From assembly GCA_964618725.1 (NCBI GenBank), contig CAZUBK010000002.1, positions 67,992 through 131,991 of the forward strand: DNA of 64,000 nt. The letters run 5' to 3'. Origin of the DNA: an uncultured Pseudomonadales bacterium. Lineage in GTDB: Bacteria > Patescibacteriota > Microgenomatia > UBA1400 > Chazhemtobacteraceae. The notes under the pieces are model-generated. The model had not been told where the DNA came from. It saw only the letters and a program-made list of their open reading frames with translations, and searched no databases. Below are positions 37,427 to 46,860 of the stretch, piece by piece (positions within the stretch are counted from its first letter, which is position 1; every line of letters begins with the position of its first letter). The position numbers and the translations under genes are program-made.

Positions 37427-37663
37427 ATGCGACAGTTTTATATCACCAATGGACAGGCTGTCATTCAGGCGATCTTAATCATCTGGGAAGCAGAGGATCG
37501 AGTAGGAAAAACTCGAACTCGCTTTGAGGTGATGCTGGCGGTCGAGTCGCCAGAATGCAAGGGAGGAGCCATCATTACCGATCTGGGTGAATTGCATTGG
37601 ACGATTTTCCGGAATGTCTTGGATGGTCTCAAGGCCGAGTATGTAGTTGTGTATCCAAATTAG
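37427..37663 (+). CDS. hypothetical protein (78 aa) on the opposite strand inside the spc operon
   Basis: Followed by the terminator at 37675..37700. No homology recognised. Confidence 0.4.
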   Translation: MRQFYITNGQAVIQAILIIWEAEDRVGKTRTRFEVMLAVESPECKGGAIITDLGELHWTIFRNVLDGLKAEYVVVYPN

Positions 37664-37674
37664 GAAGAGAAATG

Positions 37675-37700
37675 GCCGCTAGAAATAGCGGCTTTTTTAT
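37675..37700 (+). terminator. intrinsic terminator (gccgcta-gaaa-tagcggc plus TTTTTT), possibly bidirectional
   Basis: Perfect 7-bp stem, GAAA loop and T6 run. Lies between the rplO stop and the plus-strand ORF. Confidence 0.7.
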
Positions 37701-37706
37701 GGGAAT

Positions 37707-38147
37707 TTAGAGACTAACAGTTCCACCAGCTTTCTCAATGGCTTTGGCGGCGGTCTCAGAGACGGAGAGTTTGACGATGAGAGCTTTGGTTAGTTCTCCT
37801 TGAGAAAGGATCTTGACACCGGTTTTCTTGGCAATTTTGGGAAGCTTTAAAGTAGTGACAATGGAGTCGAGATCAACAGTGGCCTTGTCGGCGAAGATGT
37901 TAAGGGCAGAGAGTTTGACGGTGAGGGGCTTGGTTTGAAGTGAGACGTTACGGAGCTTACCTTTAACAAAGGGAGTGCGACGGATAAGGGGGAGTTGTCC
38001 ACCTTCAAACCAGATGGGGGTAGAGTTGCGACTATTTTGACCTTTTTGTCCACGGCCCGAAGTATGCCCGCCCTTACCGGAGCCATAGCCGCGGCCAACG
38101 CGCTTTTTACTAGTAGTAGTGGTTTTGGGTAATTTGGCTAGAAACAT
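37707..38147 (-). CDS. rplO: 50S ribosomal protein L15
   Basis: Gly/Arg-rich N-terminus GRGYGSGKGGHTSGRGQKGQ. Confidence 0.9.
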   Translation of the reverse strand: MFLAKLPKTTTTSKKRVGRGYGSGKGGHTSGRGQKGQNSRNSTPIWFEGGQLPLIRRTPFVKGKLRNVSLQTKPLTVKLSALNIFADKATVDLDSIVTTLKLPKIAKKTGVKILSQGELTKALIVKLSVSETAAKAIEKAGGTVSL

Positions 38148-38174
38148 AAGTGTTTAGGTTAATCTTGATTTAAA

Positions 38175-38702
38175 TTATTTACTCTTTTCTTCTTTCTTTT
38201 GACCGAGGTTAAGAAGGGTTTGTTTTTGAGAGAGGATGTCAATTTCACGGAGGGCGTTAAGGGTAGCGAAGACGTTGGTCATTTTGTTGTTGTTCCCAAG
38301 GACCTTGGTAACGATATTCTTGACACCGGCGGCCTCAACGACGGCGCGGACGGAACCACCGGCGATAACTCCGGTACCTTCGGGGGCGGGTTTAAGCATG
38401 ACTCGGGCTGCACCGAATTTGAAAACGATGCGGTGGGGGATGGTGCCGTTCCTTAGAGGAACACTGGCCATATCACGACGAGCTAAACGGATACCTTTTT
38501 GAATAGCAGTGTTGACAGCCGGAGCTTTACCTAAGCCCACACCGACGTGGCCCTTTTTGTCACCGACGACAACGAGCGCGGTGAAGTTGATACTGTTGCC
38601 GCCCTTGGTCTTTTTGCTAACTCTTCTAATTTGAAGAACCTTTTCTTCATATTCTGAGGTAGGTTTTGGACCGCGGTTTTGATTTTGGTTCTGATTATAC
38701 AT
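38175..38702 (-). CDS. rpsE: 30S ribosomal protein S5
   Basis: dsRBD plus S5 C-terminal domain; VVVGDKKGHVGVGLGKA. Confidence 0.9.
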   Translation of the reverse strand: MYNQNQNQNRGPKPTSEYEEKVLQIRRVSKKTKGGNSINFTALVVVGDKKGHVGVGLGKAPAVNTAIQKGIRLARRDMASVPLRNGTIPHRIVFKFGAARVMLKPAPEGTGVIAGGSVRAVVEAAGVKNIVTKVLGNNNKMTNVFATLNALREIDILSQKQTLLNLGQKKEEKSK

Positions 38703-38722
38703 GCGTTTTGTTTATTAAATTC

Positions 38723-39070
38723 TTAAATCTTAAGACCGGCTTTGTTTGCGGCTTCTGTAAAGGCCTTGATGCGACCACCAAAGCGGAATTGACCACGATC
38801 AAGAGTAGCCATTTTAATATTCTTCTCAAGAGCTTTTTGGGCCAGTTTCGTACCGAGGGCAATGCTTTTCTCGACTTTGGTCTTGCCTTCTTTGATAGTC
38901 ATGGTGTTAAGACCCATGATAGTTTTATGAGCGGCGTCGTCAATGAGTTGAACGGCGAGATGTTTATTGCTTCGATCGACACTAAGGCGAGGACGAGCGG
39001 CAATGCCGGTTATTTTGGCTCGAACTCGGCGAATGCGCTTGAGAGTAGAAGAGGCGTGGTGTTTTTTCAT
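38723..39070 (-). CDS. rplR: 50S ribosomal protein L18
   Basis: RPRLSVDRSNKHLAVQLIDD. Confidence 0.9.
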   Translation of the reverse strand: MKKHHASSTLKRIRRVRAKITGIAARPRLSVDRSNKHLAVQLIDDAAHKTIMGLNTMTIKEGKTKVEKSIALGTKLAQKALEKNIKMATLDRGQFRFGGRIKAFTEAANKAGLKI

Positions 39071-39097
39071 ATATTTGCTTACTTAAATCTAATTGCT

Positions 39098-39643
39098 TTA
39101 GGCACCGGCTTTGGCGGCCTTACCGGCTTTACGGCGGACGATTTCGCCTTCGTAGCGGATACCTTTACCTTTATAGGGTTCGGGTTTGCGAATCTTTCTA
39201 ATATTGGCGGCTGTTTGACCAACGAGATAATTATCGATGCCTTTGATGATTATCTTGTTGTTGCCTTCGACGTCCACGGTCACACCCTGTGGCGCGGCAA
39301 ACTCAACTGGATGAGAAAGACCAACAGAGATGGTGAGACCGCTACCTGACTTGGCAACACGATACCCAGTACCGACGAGTTCTAGACGCTTCTCAAAGCC
39401 TTTAGTGACGCCTTCAACCATATTAGCGACAAGAGCGCGAGTCAGGCCATGTAGGGCACGGTGAGCGGGCAGGTTACTCTTTCTTTTGAAGGTGAGAACA
39501 GAGTTGTCTTTGGTTATCTTAATAGAGTTATCGACAGTAAGATTCAGACTACCTAGAGGGCCAGCAATCACTAAATGAGAACCGTCAAATTGAAAGTTGA
39601 CTGAGTCGGGGAGAGTGATGGGGGCGTTACCAATTCGTGACAT
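39098..39643 (-). CDS. rplF: 50S ribosomal protein L6
   Basis: MSRIGNAPITLPDSVNFQ. Confidence 0.9.
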   Translation of the reverse strand: MSRIGNAPITLPDSVNFQFDGSHLVIAGPLGSLNLTVDNSIKITKDNSVLTFKRKSNLPAHRALHGLTRALVANMVEGVTKGFEKRLELVGTGYRVAKSGSGLTISVGLSHPVEFAAPQGVTVDVEGNNKIIIKGIDNYLVGQTAANIRKIRKPEPYKGKGIRYEGEIVRRKAGKAAKAGA

Positions 39644-39671
39644 GGTGTTATTAAAGTTTGTTTAATTGTAA

Positions 39672-40058
39672 TTACCAAACGCGACAGATAATTTCGCCGC
39701 CTAAGGCGGCTTTCTTGGCTTGGCGATCGGTCATTAGACCCTTAGAAGTACTAAGGATAGTCAGGCCGCGACCGGAAAGAGTGGTAGGGATTTTGGATGA
39801 GCGAGTGTAGATGCGGACGGAAGGCTTTGAGACTCGAGAGATGTGACTTAGAATGGGCTCTGATCCTTGATAGACAAGACCAACCTTGAGAAATTTACTA
39901 GGGACAGTCCCTTCGACACTGACATCACCTAAGAAACCGGTCTGTTTGAGGAGAAGGGCAAGCTCTGCCTTAATCTTGGAGTGAGGAGAGGTAACTGTTT
40001 CATGTTTAGCTTTGTAAGCGTTACGAATTTGAGTGAGGAAGTCGGCGATTGGATCCAT
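39672..40058 (-). CDS. rpsH: 30S ribosomal protein S8
   Basis: DPIADFLTQIRNAYKAKH. Confidence 0.9.
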   Translation of the reverse strand: MDPIADFLTQIRNAYKAKHETVTSPHSKIKAELALLLKQTGFLGDVSVEGTVPSKFLKVGLVYQGSEPILSHISRVSKPSVRIYTRSSKIPTTLSGRGLTILSTSKGLMTDRQAKKAALGGEIICRVW

Positions 40059-40087
40059 ATGTTTTAAATATCTATTGAGTTTTGTAA

Positions 40088-40279
40088 TTATTTAGAAGCC
40101 TTGACGACTCCGGGGATCTGACCCTTGTGGGCGAGTTCGCGGAAGCAGAGACGACAAAGACCAAATTGGCGAATGTAACCTCTGGGTCGACCGCAGATTT
40201 GACAACGGTTGATAGCCTTGGTCGGATGACCGAAGAGTTTTTCTTTTTGGTTTTTTACGATTTTTGATTGTTTAGCCAT
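40088..40279 (-). CDS. rpsN: 30S ribosomal protein S14, zinc-binding type Z
   Basis: [20 protein letters not shown]. Confidence 0.9.
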   Translation of the reverse strand: MAKQSKIVKNQKEKLFGHPTKAINRCQICGRPRGYIRQFGLCRLCFRELAHKGQIPGVVKASK

Positions 40280-40283
40280 TGTT

Positions 40284-40835
40284 TTATTTAGCCTCTTGCT
40301 TTGCGAAGGGCATTCCTAGAGCGACAAGTAATTCTTTGGATGACTTGGGATCTTTGGCAGAAGTAGTAATAGTTACTTCTAGGCCCTGAATCTTACCAAT
40401 TTTATCATATTCTACCTCGGGAAAGAGAAGCTGCTCAGAAAGACCTAAAGTATAATTACCGTGCTGATCAAAAGCAGTGGTTTTGATACCCTGAAAGTCT
40501 TTGGTGCGAGGAAGAACAATGTTGATGAGTTTTTGCAAGAAACTGTACATTCGATCACCTCTGAGGGTGACGGCAAGACCAACAACATCACCTTGACGGA
40601 GAGTAAAGGCGGCAATGGAGGTTCTGGCTTTGGTTAGTTTAGGAGCCTGTCCAGTGATCTGGGAAAGCCATTCTTTGGTCTTAGTAACCAATTCGGGATT
40701 GCTTTTGAATTCGCCGGAACTAGTGTTGACAGTGATCTTAACTAGGCGAGGAACAGCCATAGTATTATCGATGTTTAGTTCTTTTTTGAGTTTAGGGGTG
40801 ATTACTTCTTGGTAGGTTTGTCTTAGAGAGTTCAT
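40284..40835 (-). CDS. rplE: 50S ribosomal protein L5
   Basis: Conserved L5 fold. Operon position. Confidence 0.9.
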   Translation of the reverse strand: MNSLRQTYQEVITPKLKKELNIDNTMAVPRLVKITVNTSSGEFKSNPELVTKTKEWLSQITGQAPKLTKARTSIAAFTLRQGDVVGLAVTLRGDRMYSFLQKLINIVLPRTKDFQGIKTTAFDQHGNYTLGLSEQLLFPEVEYDKIGKIQGLEVTITTSAKDPKSSKELLVALGMPFAKQEAK

Positions 40836-40852
40836 GTGTAGTTATAAGTAAA

Positions 40853-41194
40853 TTATTTTTTCTTCCTAGTTTCAGTGGCGGCTTCAACAGAAATGATAGG
40901 TTTGGAACATTTTTTACAGACGCGGACTTTGTCCTTGCCGGTGCCCTCGAAGCCCACCCGAGTGGGCTTTTTACAATGAGGACAGACCAACATCAACTTA
41001 CTTGCATCAATTGGGCGGGAGAGGGTGACAACGCCACCCTCCTGTTTACCTTGAGTCTTGAGGTGCTTCTTGTAGGTGTTGATGCCATCAATGAGGACTT
41101 TGTTGTTGCCAGAAATGATCTTGATGATCTTGCCTTCACGGCCTGCGTCGTCGCCGGAAAGGACAGTGACAGTGTCGTTAATTTTGAGTTTCAT
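40853..41194 (-). CDS. rplX: 50S ribosomal protein L24 with a C-terminal CxxC...CxxC zinc-ribbon extension
   Basis: KOW-domain region MKLKINDTVTVLSGDDAGREGKI starts at ATG 41194. The track's upstream 35-aa extension would overlap rplN. The C-terminus reads CPHCKKPTRV...CKKCSKP. Confidence 0.85.
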   Translation of the reverse strand: MKLKINDTVTVLSGDDAGREGKIIKIISGNNKVLIDGINTYKKHLKTQGKQEGGVVTLSRPIDASKLMLVCPHCKKPTRVGFEGTGKDKVRVCKKCSKPIISVEAATETRKKK

Positions 41195-41225
41195 AATTGT
41201 TTTATCTTGCTTAGTTATTAATAGA

Positions 41226-41600
41226 TTAGAGAACCTCGGGAGCGAGTGAGGCGATTTTAGTGAAGCCGGCGTCTTTGATTTCGCGGGCAATGGGACCAAA
41301 GATGCGGGTACCTAGGGGATTCTTGGCGGTGGCATTGTCGATAACAACAGCGGCGTTTTCATCAAAACGAATGTAGGTGCCGTCAGAACGACCATGTTCT
41401 TTGGTAACTCTGACAATAACGGCTTTGACTACTTGACCTTTCTTGACGGCACTATGGGGATCGGCGGCCATAATTGAAGCGGTAATGATATCACCTAGAT
41501 AGCCGAAGCGCCTCTTTGAACCACCGTGAACGTGCATGACCCGAAGCCTTTTGGCACCTGAGTTGTCGGCTAGTTTGAGTATGCTTCTAAGTTGGATCAT
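41226..41600 (-). CDS. rplN: 50S ribosomal protein L14
   Basis: [18 protein letters not shown]. Confidence 0.9.
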   Translation of the reverse strand: MIQLRSILKLADNSGAKRLRVMHVHGGSKRRFGYLGDIITASIMAADPHSAVKKGQVVKAVIVRVTKEHGRSDGTYIRFDENAAVVIDNATAKNPLGTRIFGPIAREIKDAGFTKIASLAPEVL

Positions 41601-41603
41601 GGT

Positions 41604-41831
41604 TTATTTAACGATTTTGGTAATGATAAAACGCTTGAGACGGCTTAAGGGTCGTGACTGCGCAATCACGACCTTATCCCCGACTTTAGCTTGTAGCTCG
41701 TTATGGACGTGAAAACGTTTGCTTTTTTTAATGCGTTTTTTGTAGATGGGGTGTTGCCAAAGAGTACTGACGGTAACGACGACCGTTTTGTTCATTTTGT
41801 CTTTGGTGACGATACCTTTTAATGTTTTCAT
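41604..41831 (-). CDS. rpsQ: 30S ribosomal protein S17
   Basis: GIVTKDKMNKTVVVTV. Confidence 0.9.
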   Translation of the reverse strand: MKTLKGIVTKDKMNKTVVVTVSTLWQHPIYKKRIKKSKRFHVHNELQAKVGDKVVIAQSRPLSRLKRFIITKIVK

Positions 41832-41833
41832 AT

Positions 41834-41995
41834 TTATTTGGTTTGTCTGGTTATTAATTGAGCGATTTGCTTTTTGAGCCGCTTGTGGGCATTGGTGTTT
41901 TTCTCGATACCGGCTTTGATTTTGAGTTTAATTCCAACGACTTGGACTTTTAGGTCTTGAACGCTGATAGTGGGGTTGTCTTTTTTAGTAGTCAT
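41834..41995 (-). CDS. rpmC: 50S ribosomal protein L29 (53 aa; absent from the ORF track)
   Basis: Reverse-strand translation gives MTTKKDNPTISVQDLKVQVVGIKLKIKAGIEKNTNAHKRLKKQIAQLITRQTK. It fills the gap between rplP and rpsQ exactly. Confidence 0.8.
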   Translation of the reverse strand: MTTKKDNPTISVQDLKVQVVGIKLKIKAGIEKNTNAHKRLKKQIAQLITRQTK

Positions 41996-42403
41996 TTAGT
42001 TTCTTTCAACAAATTTAGTTTTAACTGAGAACTTGTGTCCGGCCATGTTGAGGGCTTGGAGAGCCATCTCTTTAGTAACACCGGCGACCTCGATGAGCAT
42101 GGCACCGGGACGGATAACGGCGACGTATCCTTCAATATCGCCTTTTCCTGAACCCATACGAGCACCAGCGGCTCTTTTGGTATAGGGTTTATGAGGGAAG
42201 ATGCGAATGAAAGTTTTACCAATACGTTTGGTGTGGTGACTGACAGTGCGACGGGCGGCCTCGATTTGTCGGGACTCAATCCAACCGCCTTCGAGAGCCT
42301 TAAGGCCAAATTCGCCAAAAGAGACTTTGCTACCACGGACGGCAGGACCCTTGACGGTGCCACGGAATTCTTTGCGGAATTTTCTCTTTCTTGGCTGTAG
42401 CAT
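41996..42403 (-). CDS. rplP: 50S ribosomal protein L16
   Basis: MLQPRKRKFRKEFRG. Confidence 0.9.
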   Translation of the reverse strand: MLQPRKRKFRKEFRGTVKGPAVRGSKVSFGEFGLKALEGGWIESRQIEAARRTVSHHTKRIGKTFIRIFPHKPYTKRAAGARMGSGKGDIEGYVAVIRPGAMLIEVAGVTKEMALQALNMAGHKFSVKTKFVERN

Positions 42404-42424
42404 ACGTGTTTGTTAATTAGTTTT

Positions 42425-43078
42425 TTATTTAATTGGTTTTTCGCCTTTGTAGATCCAGACTTTGACACTGACGTAACCCGAGCGAGTGAGTGAGGGGACT
42501 TGGGCATAGTCAATGTCGGCTCTTAAGGTTGAAGCGGGGACCTGACCTTGCTTGTATTTTTCATTACGAGCAATCTCAGCACCACCGATACGTCCGGCAA
42601 AGACGATTTTGATGCCTTTGGCACCGGCAGACATAACGCGTTCAATAGCTTGGTCTTTGGCGCGACGGTGAGGATAACGCTTGGCGAGTTGTTGCGAGAT
42701 GGTCTCAGCGACGAGTTTAGCAGATAGATCGGGGGCCTTGACTTCAATGGGATGCAAATTAATAGTCAGCGGTGTCTTTTTATTCTTGCTTTGGAGCAAA
42801 CGACTCAGATCTTTTTTAAGAAGCTCAATATTAGCTCCACCTCGACCGATGACGACACCCGGACGAGAGACGTGGAGATAGATATCGATAGCGTTAATTG
42901 AACGCTTAATCTGGATATCGGTTAGGCCGGCTAATTCGAGACGTTTAGTTAAGAATTTACGGATCCGATGATCCTGACCAACAAGGAAAGGAAATTGCTG
43001 TTTGGTGGCATACCAGAGAGACTTCCAGTCGTAGAGGATGCCGGTGCGAAAGCCTAGTGGATTAACTTTTTGTCCCAT
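42425..43078 (-). CDS. rpsC: 30S ribosomal protein S3
   Basis: MGQKVNPLGFR, KH domain. Confidence 0.9.
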   Translation of the reverse strand: MGQKVNPLGFRTGILYDWKSLWYATKQQFPFLVGQDHRIRKFLTKRLELAGLTDIQIKRSINAIDIYLHVSRPGVVIGRGGANIELLKKDLSRLLQSKNKKTPLTINLHPIEVKAPDLSAKLVAETISQQLAKRYPHRRAKDQAIERVMSAGAKGIKIVFAGRIGGAEIARNEKYKQGQVPASTLRADIDYAQVPSLTRSGYVSVKVWIYKGEKPIK

Positions 43079-43091
43079 ATTGGTTTGTCAG

Positions 43092-43544
43092 TTACTTGAC
43101 AGTAGTTTTAATTGTTGATTTAACAGCTTTTTTAATTTTTAGAGCGGCCTTTGATGTGGTCTTATCGATTGCCTCGATCCTTTTGGGCGTAAGAGACTTG
43201 GTCTCTTTTGCTTCCTTGGTAATTAGCTCAACGGTTATGTGAGAGCGAGTTTTTTCGTAGGGCTTGAAACGACCCTTGGGTCCAGGGCGACCACGGCGGT
43301 AGGAAAGGGCCTTGCCGATGAAGATGGTGTGGAACTTAAGATCGTTTTCACTTAATTTGAAATTATTAGTAGCATTGGCAATAGCTTGCTTAATGGTCTT
43401 AAGGAGGGGCGTGCCACCTGAGTAGTTAAGGTAGTTTAGTTGCGTAACCGCCTCACCAGGCTTAAGGTGTTTGACTGACTCCGCCAGAAGTTGAAGCTTC
43501 CGAGGGGTGACAGTGACATTTCTGTTTTTGGCAACAACGATCAT
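43092..43544 (-). CDS. rplV: 50S ribosomal protein L22 (C-terminal extension)
   Basis: L22 fold. Operon position. Confidence 0.85.
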   Translation of the reverse strand: MIVVAKNRNVTVTPRKLQLLAESVKHLKPGEAVTQLNYLNYSGGTPLLKTIKQAIANATNNFKLSENDLKFHTIFIGKALSYRRGRPGPKGRFKPYEKTRSHITVELITKEAKETKSLTPKRIEAIDKTTSKAALKIKKAVKSTIKTTVK

Positions 43545-43553
43545 AATTATTTT

Positions 43554-43838
43554 TTAGGTTTTACTAATAACACGCTTGGTCATCTTACCGTGACCGTGGA
43601 AGGTTCTCGTTGGCGAGAACTCTCCTAAGCGGTGGCCAACCATAGCTTCGGAAACAAAGACTTCTTTGAAGAGTTTGCCATTGTGAACAAGAAAAGTTGA
43701 CCCAACAAATTCTGGAGGGATCTGGCAGGCCCGACTCCAAGTTTTGATTGGTTCTTTTCGACCAGATTGTTTTTGATTAAGAACTTTTTTGACGAGTTTT
43801 TCATCTAAGAAAGGTCCTTTTTTACTGCTTCTAGCCAT
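43554..43838 (-). CDS. rpsS: 30S ribosomal protein S19
   Basis: [15 protein letters not shown]...HNGKLF. Confidence 0.9.
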   Translation of the reverse strand: MARSSKKGPFLDEKLVKKVLNQKQSGRKEPIKTWSRACQIPPEFVGSTFLVHNGKLFKEVFVSEAMVGHRLGEFSPTRTFHGHGKMTKRVISKT

Positions 43839-43839
43839 A

Positions 43840-44673
43840 TTATTTCTTGCGACGATCTTTGATTATTAACTGATTAGAGTATTTCTTTTTGGAGCGGGTC
43901 TTTTTGCCCAAGGCCTTTTTGCCCCAAGGGGTCTTAGGAGCCTTCATACCAATACCAGAGCGACCTTCTCCTCCACCGTGGGGGTGGGAATCGGGATGCT
44001 GGGCAACACCACGGACAGTGGGACGAATACCCATATGGCGCTTGCGACCGGCTTTACCGAGCTTCATATTCTTGTGTTCGACGTTACTTAGCTGGCCAAC
44101 TGTGGCCATATTAATAGCTTTGAGGCGGCGGATTTCCCCAGAGGGAAGCTTAATGCTAACAAGACTACCTTCTTTATCTTGAATGTAGGCAGAAGTTCCG
44201 GCAGAACGAACTATTTGACCGCCTTTACCACTGGTTAACTCAATATTATGGAGGGGAGTACCAATGGGGATTTTACCTAGGGGAAGGCAGTTACCGACTT
44301 GGATTTCATCACTTTCCAGAGAAGAAATGACTTTTTGGCCAATCTGGAGGCCGGTCGGCGCTAGAATGTAGCTTTTTTGACCAGTGGGGTAGTGAATAAG
44401 GGCAATGTTGGTAGAGCGATTGGGATCGTATTCGATGCTGACAACTTGTCCTGGAAGCTCACGGATTTGACGTTTGAAATCTATAAGTCTTAGAAAGCGC
44501 TTTTGACGACCACCACGATGACGCACGGTAATTTTACCAGAATTGTTGCGTCCTGAAAACTTTTTACTGAGACGACGGAGAGATTTGGGGGGTCTTCCCG
44601 TAGAAAGACTCCTCTTCATCGGAGTTTTGTGACGGGTGCCGGGGGTAGTGGGTTTAACGGTTGGTCTTGCCAT
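43840..44673 (-). CDS. rplB: 50S ribosomal protein L2
   Basis: [16 protein letters not shown] and the GGEGRSG motif. Confidence 0.9.
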   Translation of the reverse strand: MARPTVKPTTPGTRHKTPMKRSLSTGRPPKSLRRLSKKFSGRNNSGKITVRHRGGRQKRFLRLIDFKRQIRELPGQVVSIEYDPNRSTNIALIHYPTGQKSYILAPTGLQIGQKVISSLESDEIQVGNCLPLGKIPIGTPLHNIELTSGKGGQIVRSAGTSAYIQDKEGSLVSIKLPSGEIRRLKAINMATVGQLSNVEHKNMKLGKAGRKRHMGIRPTVRGVAQHPDSHPHGGGEGRSGIGMKAPKTPWGKKALGKKTRSKKKYSNQLIIKDRRKK

Positions 44674-44688
44674 GGTGATACTTCTTTG

Positions 44689-44961
44689 CTATTTAGTTTG
44701 GAAAAGCGGAATAGTTTGCTTTTCGTTTAATTGGATAATCATTTTTTTGTAGGGTTTAATGGTCTTTCGACGTCCGGTGCGGCCCGATCGGGAAGAGGTG
44801 GCCTTGGACCTAATAGCGGCGACTTTGATGACATTGACTTTGTAAAGCTTTTCGATCAGCTCTTTCACCTGAGTCTTACTACTATCGAGTTCCACTAAGA
44901 AAGTGTAACGATTTTGATCGTTTTTGAGGGACTTCTCAGTGATATATGGCTTTATGATCAT
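44689..44961 (-). CDS. rplW: 50S ribosomal protein L23
   Basis: IKPYITEKS...YTFLV. Confidence 0.85.
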   Translation of the reverse strand: MIIKPYITEKSLKNDQNRYTFLVELDSSKTQVKELIEKLYKVNVIKVAAIRSKATSSRSGRTGRRKTIKPYKKMIIQLNEKQTIPLFQTK

Positions 44962-44970
44962 ATGATTTAT

Positions 44971-45711
44971 TTAGTTACTTTTTGGCAACTTTGGTAGGCG
45001 GGCGGTTTTTGCCTTAATAGTTTTGGTTGTCTTTGTTTTAGAGGTAACAGTCTTGGTCACTATGTTAGAAGAGGTCTTCTTGGGAAGTAGCCAGGTTTCG
45101 AGGAGAGAGAGGGCATCTTGATCGATGAGGATCTGGCGAGCACGGAGTAGTTGAAGAGTGTTGGTTTGTTGATAGTTGACAGTGGTAAGACTGTGTAGAT
45201 TTGAAGAGGCTTTGAGAAGATTTGGATGGGTTTTGCCGATGAGTAAGAGAACTGATTTGTTGGGGGACTTAATAGTCTGAAGAAGTTTACTCACATCAGA
45301 AGTCTTGGCTTTGATTTGATCTAGGCCGCTAACTATGGAGATAACTTGGTCATTGGCTCGATTGGAGAGAGCGCCAATAATACTAAGGCGACGCATTTTG
45401 ACGGGGAGGGTTCTAACGGCAGGACGGGCACCAGTGGGACCATGAGCGACACCACCACCAACGAAGATGTGAGCTGACTTAGCACCATGGCGGGCACGAC
45501 CAGTGCCTTTCTGACGGAACCATTTAGCGGTGGTAAGAGCAACCTCGCCTCGAGTCTTGACTTTGTGGGTGTGTTGATGAAGTCGGTCTTGATACATTGA
45601 GGCAGCTTGAGCCAAGAGAGCGGGGCTTATTTTGACGGCAAAGATAGCCTCGTTGACGGTGAGATCAGTGAGTTTTTTACCAGTATGGTCGTAGTGAGAC
45701 AGTTTAGTCAT
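44971..45711 (-). CDS. rplD: 50S ribosomal protein L4 (C-terminal Lys/Thr-rich extension)
   Basis: RQKGTGRARHG. Confidence 0.9.
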   Translation of the reverse strand: MTKLSHYDHTGKKLTDLTVNEAIFAVKISPALLAQAASMYQDRLHQHTHKVKTRGEVALTTAKWFRQKGTGRARHGAKSAHIFVGGGVAHGPTGARPAVRTLPVKMRRLSIIGALSNRANDQVISIVSGLDQIKAKTSDVSKLLQTIKSPNKSVLLLIGKTHPNLLKASSNLHSLTTVNYQQTNTLQLLRARQILIDQDALSLLETWLLPKKTSSNIVTKTVTSKTKTTKTIKAKTARLPKLPKSN

Positions 45712-45713
45712 GT

Positions 45714-46418
45714 TTATAGATTTTCTGATTCAGGAGTGGCAGCTTCAGTTGGTTCCTCAACTCCTACCTCTTTAATAACGGGATTAGGATTTTTTTTGGC
45801 AATTGTAAGGCGAACTAGACCACCTATTGCCCCGGGAATTAGGCCTTTGAGGGTGACTAGATTACTGCCTTCGTCAAGATGGAGAACTTTGAGTCCCAAA
45901 ATACTGACCGTATCAGAACCCATTCTTCCAGCCATTTTTTTGCCTTTGACGACGCGACCGGGAGTAGTACCCCGACCAATAGATCCAGGAGCGCGGGCGC
46001 GGTCTGACTGTCCGTGAGTCCTGGGTCCACCATGAAAACCATGACGTTTCATCACTCCAGCAAAGCCTTTACCCTTACTGGTTGCTGTAGCCTTGACAGT
46101 GTCTCCTTCACCGAGAACGTCTGTAAAAGAAAGAGTAGTTGCTATGGGTAGTTCGGAAGGTGAAGCCAGAGTAATTTCTTTGACGAAACGAGGACGTTTC
46201 TCCAGGCCGGCAGCTTTAAGAGTCTTGAGTTGAGGCTTACTTGGTTTGAGATTCTTTTGGCCAATAGCAATCTGAAGGGCATTGTATTTGTCCTTTTCTG
46301 CGGTACGGATGCCGATGACTGTTTGTTTAGGAATAGAGAGAACAGTGACAGGGATCCGTTTACCGTTCACAAATTCTTGTGATGTTTTGTGTTTGGTAGT
46401 AAATATCTGATTTATCAT
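45714..46418 (-). CDS. rplC: 50S ribosomal protein L3
   Basis: GKGFAGVMKRHGFHGG. Confidence 0.9.
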   Translation of the reverse strand: MINQIFTTKHKTSQEFVNGKRIPVTVLSIPKQTVIGIRTAEKDKYNALQIAIGQKNLKPSKPQLKTLKAAGLEKRPRFVKEITLASPSELPIATTLSFTDVLGEGDTVKATATSKGKGFAGVMKRHGFHGGPRTHGQSDRARAPGSIGRGTTPGRVVKGKKMAGRMGSDTVSILGLKVLHLDEGSNLVTLKGLIPGAIGGLVRLTIAKKNPNPVIKEVGVEEPTEAATPESENL

Positions 46419-46528
46419 TTTTTTGACCTTAAAAAACCCTCGCTACACGGGGGGTCATCCGTATGAGCGTTATTTAATCCCTAATGGGACAAGTTAACTG
46501 TCATATTGTTTTGGGCAGAAGGGATCAA

Positions 46529-46840
46529 TTACATTTTGATTTCAATCCCGACGCCAGCAGGTAACTCAAGATGCATAAGTGAATCGATCGTCTTGTTGGT
46601 TGGAGAGACGATATCGATCAAACGCTTGTGAGTGAGGATCTCGAAGTGCTCACGAGCATTTTTGTCGGTATGCGGACTGGTATTGACTGTGATTTCTTTG
46701 TGCTTGGTGGGCAGGGGCACTGGGCCGACAACTTTAGCACCGGTGGCTAGAGCAGCTTGAAGAATCTTACTGCTGGCTTCGTCGATGACGCGATGGTCAA
46801 AGGACTTGAGTCGGACGCGGATGCGGGGTTGGTCGGCCAT
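46529..46840 (-). CDS. rpsJ: 30S ribosomal protein S10
   Basis: [14 protein letters not shown]. Confidence 0.9.
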   Translation of the reverse strand: MADQPRIRVRLKSFDHRVIDEASSKILQAALATGAKVVGPVPLPTKHKEITVNTSPHTDKNAREHFEILTHKRLIDIVSPTNKTIDSLMHLELPAGVGIEIKM

Positions 46841-46860
46841 ATGAGTTAATTTACGCGCTA

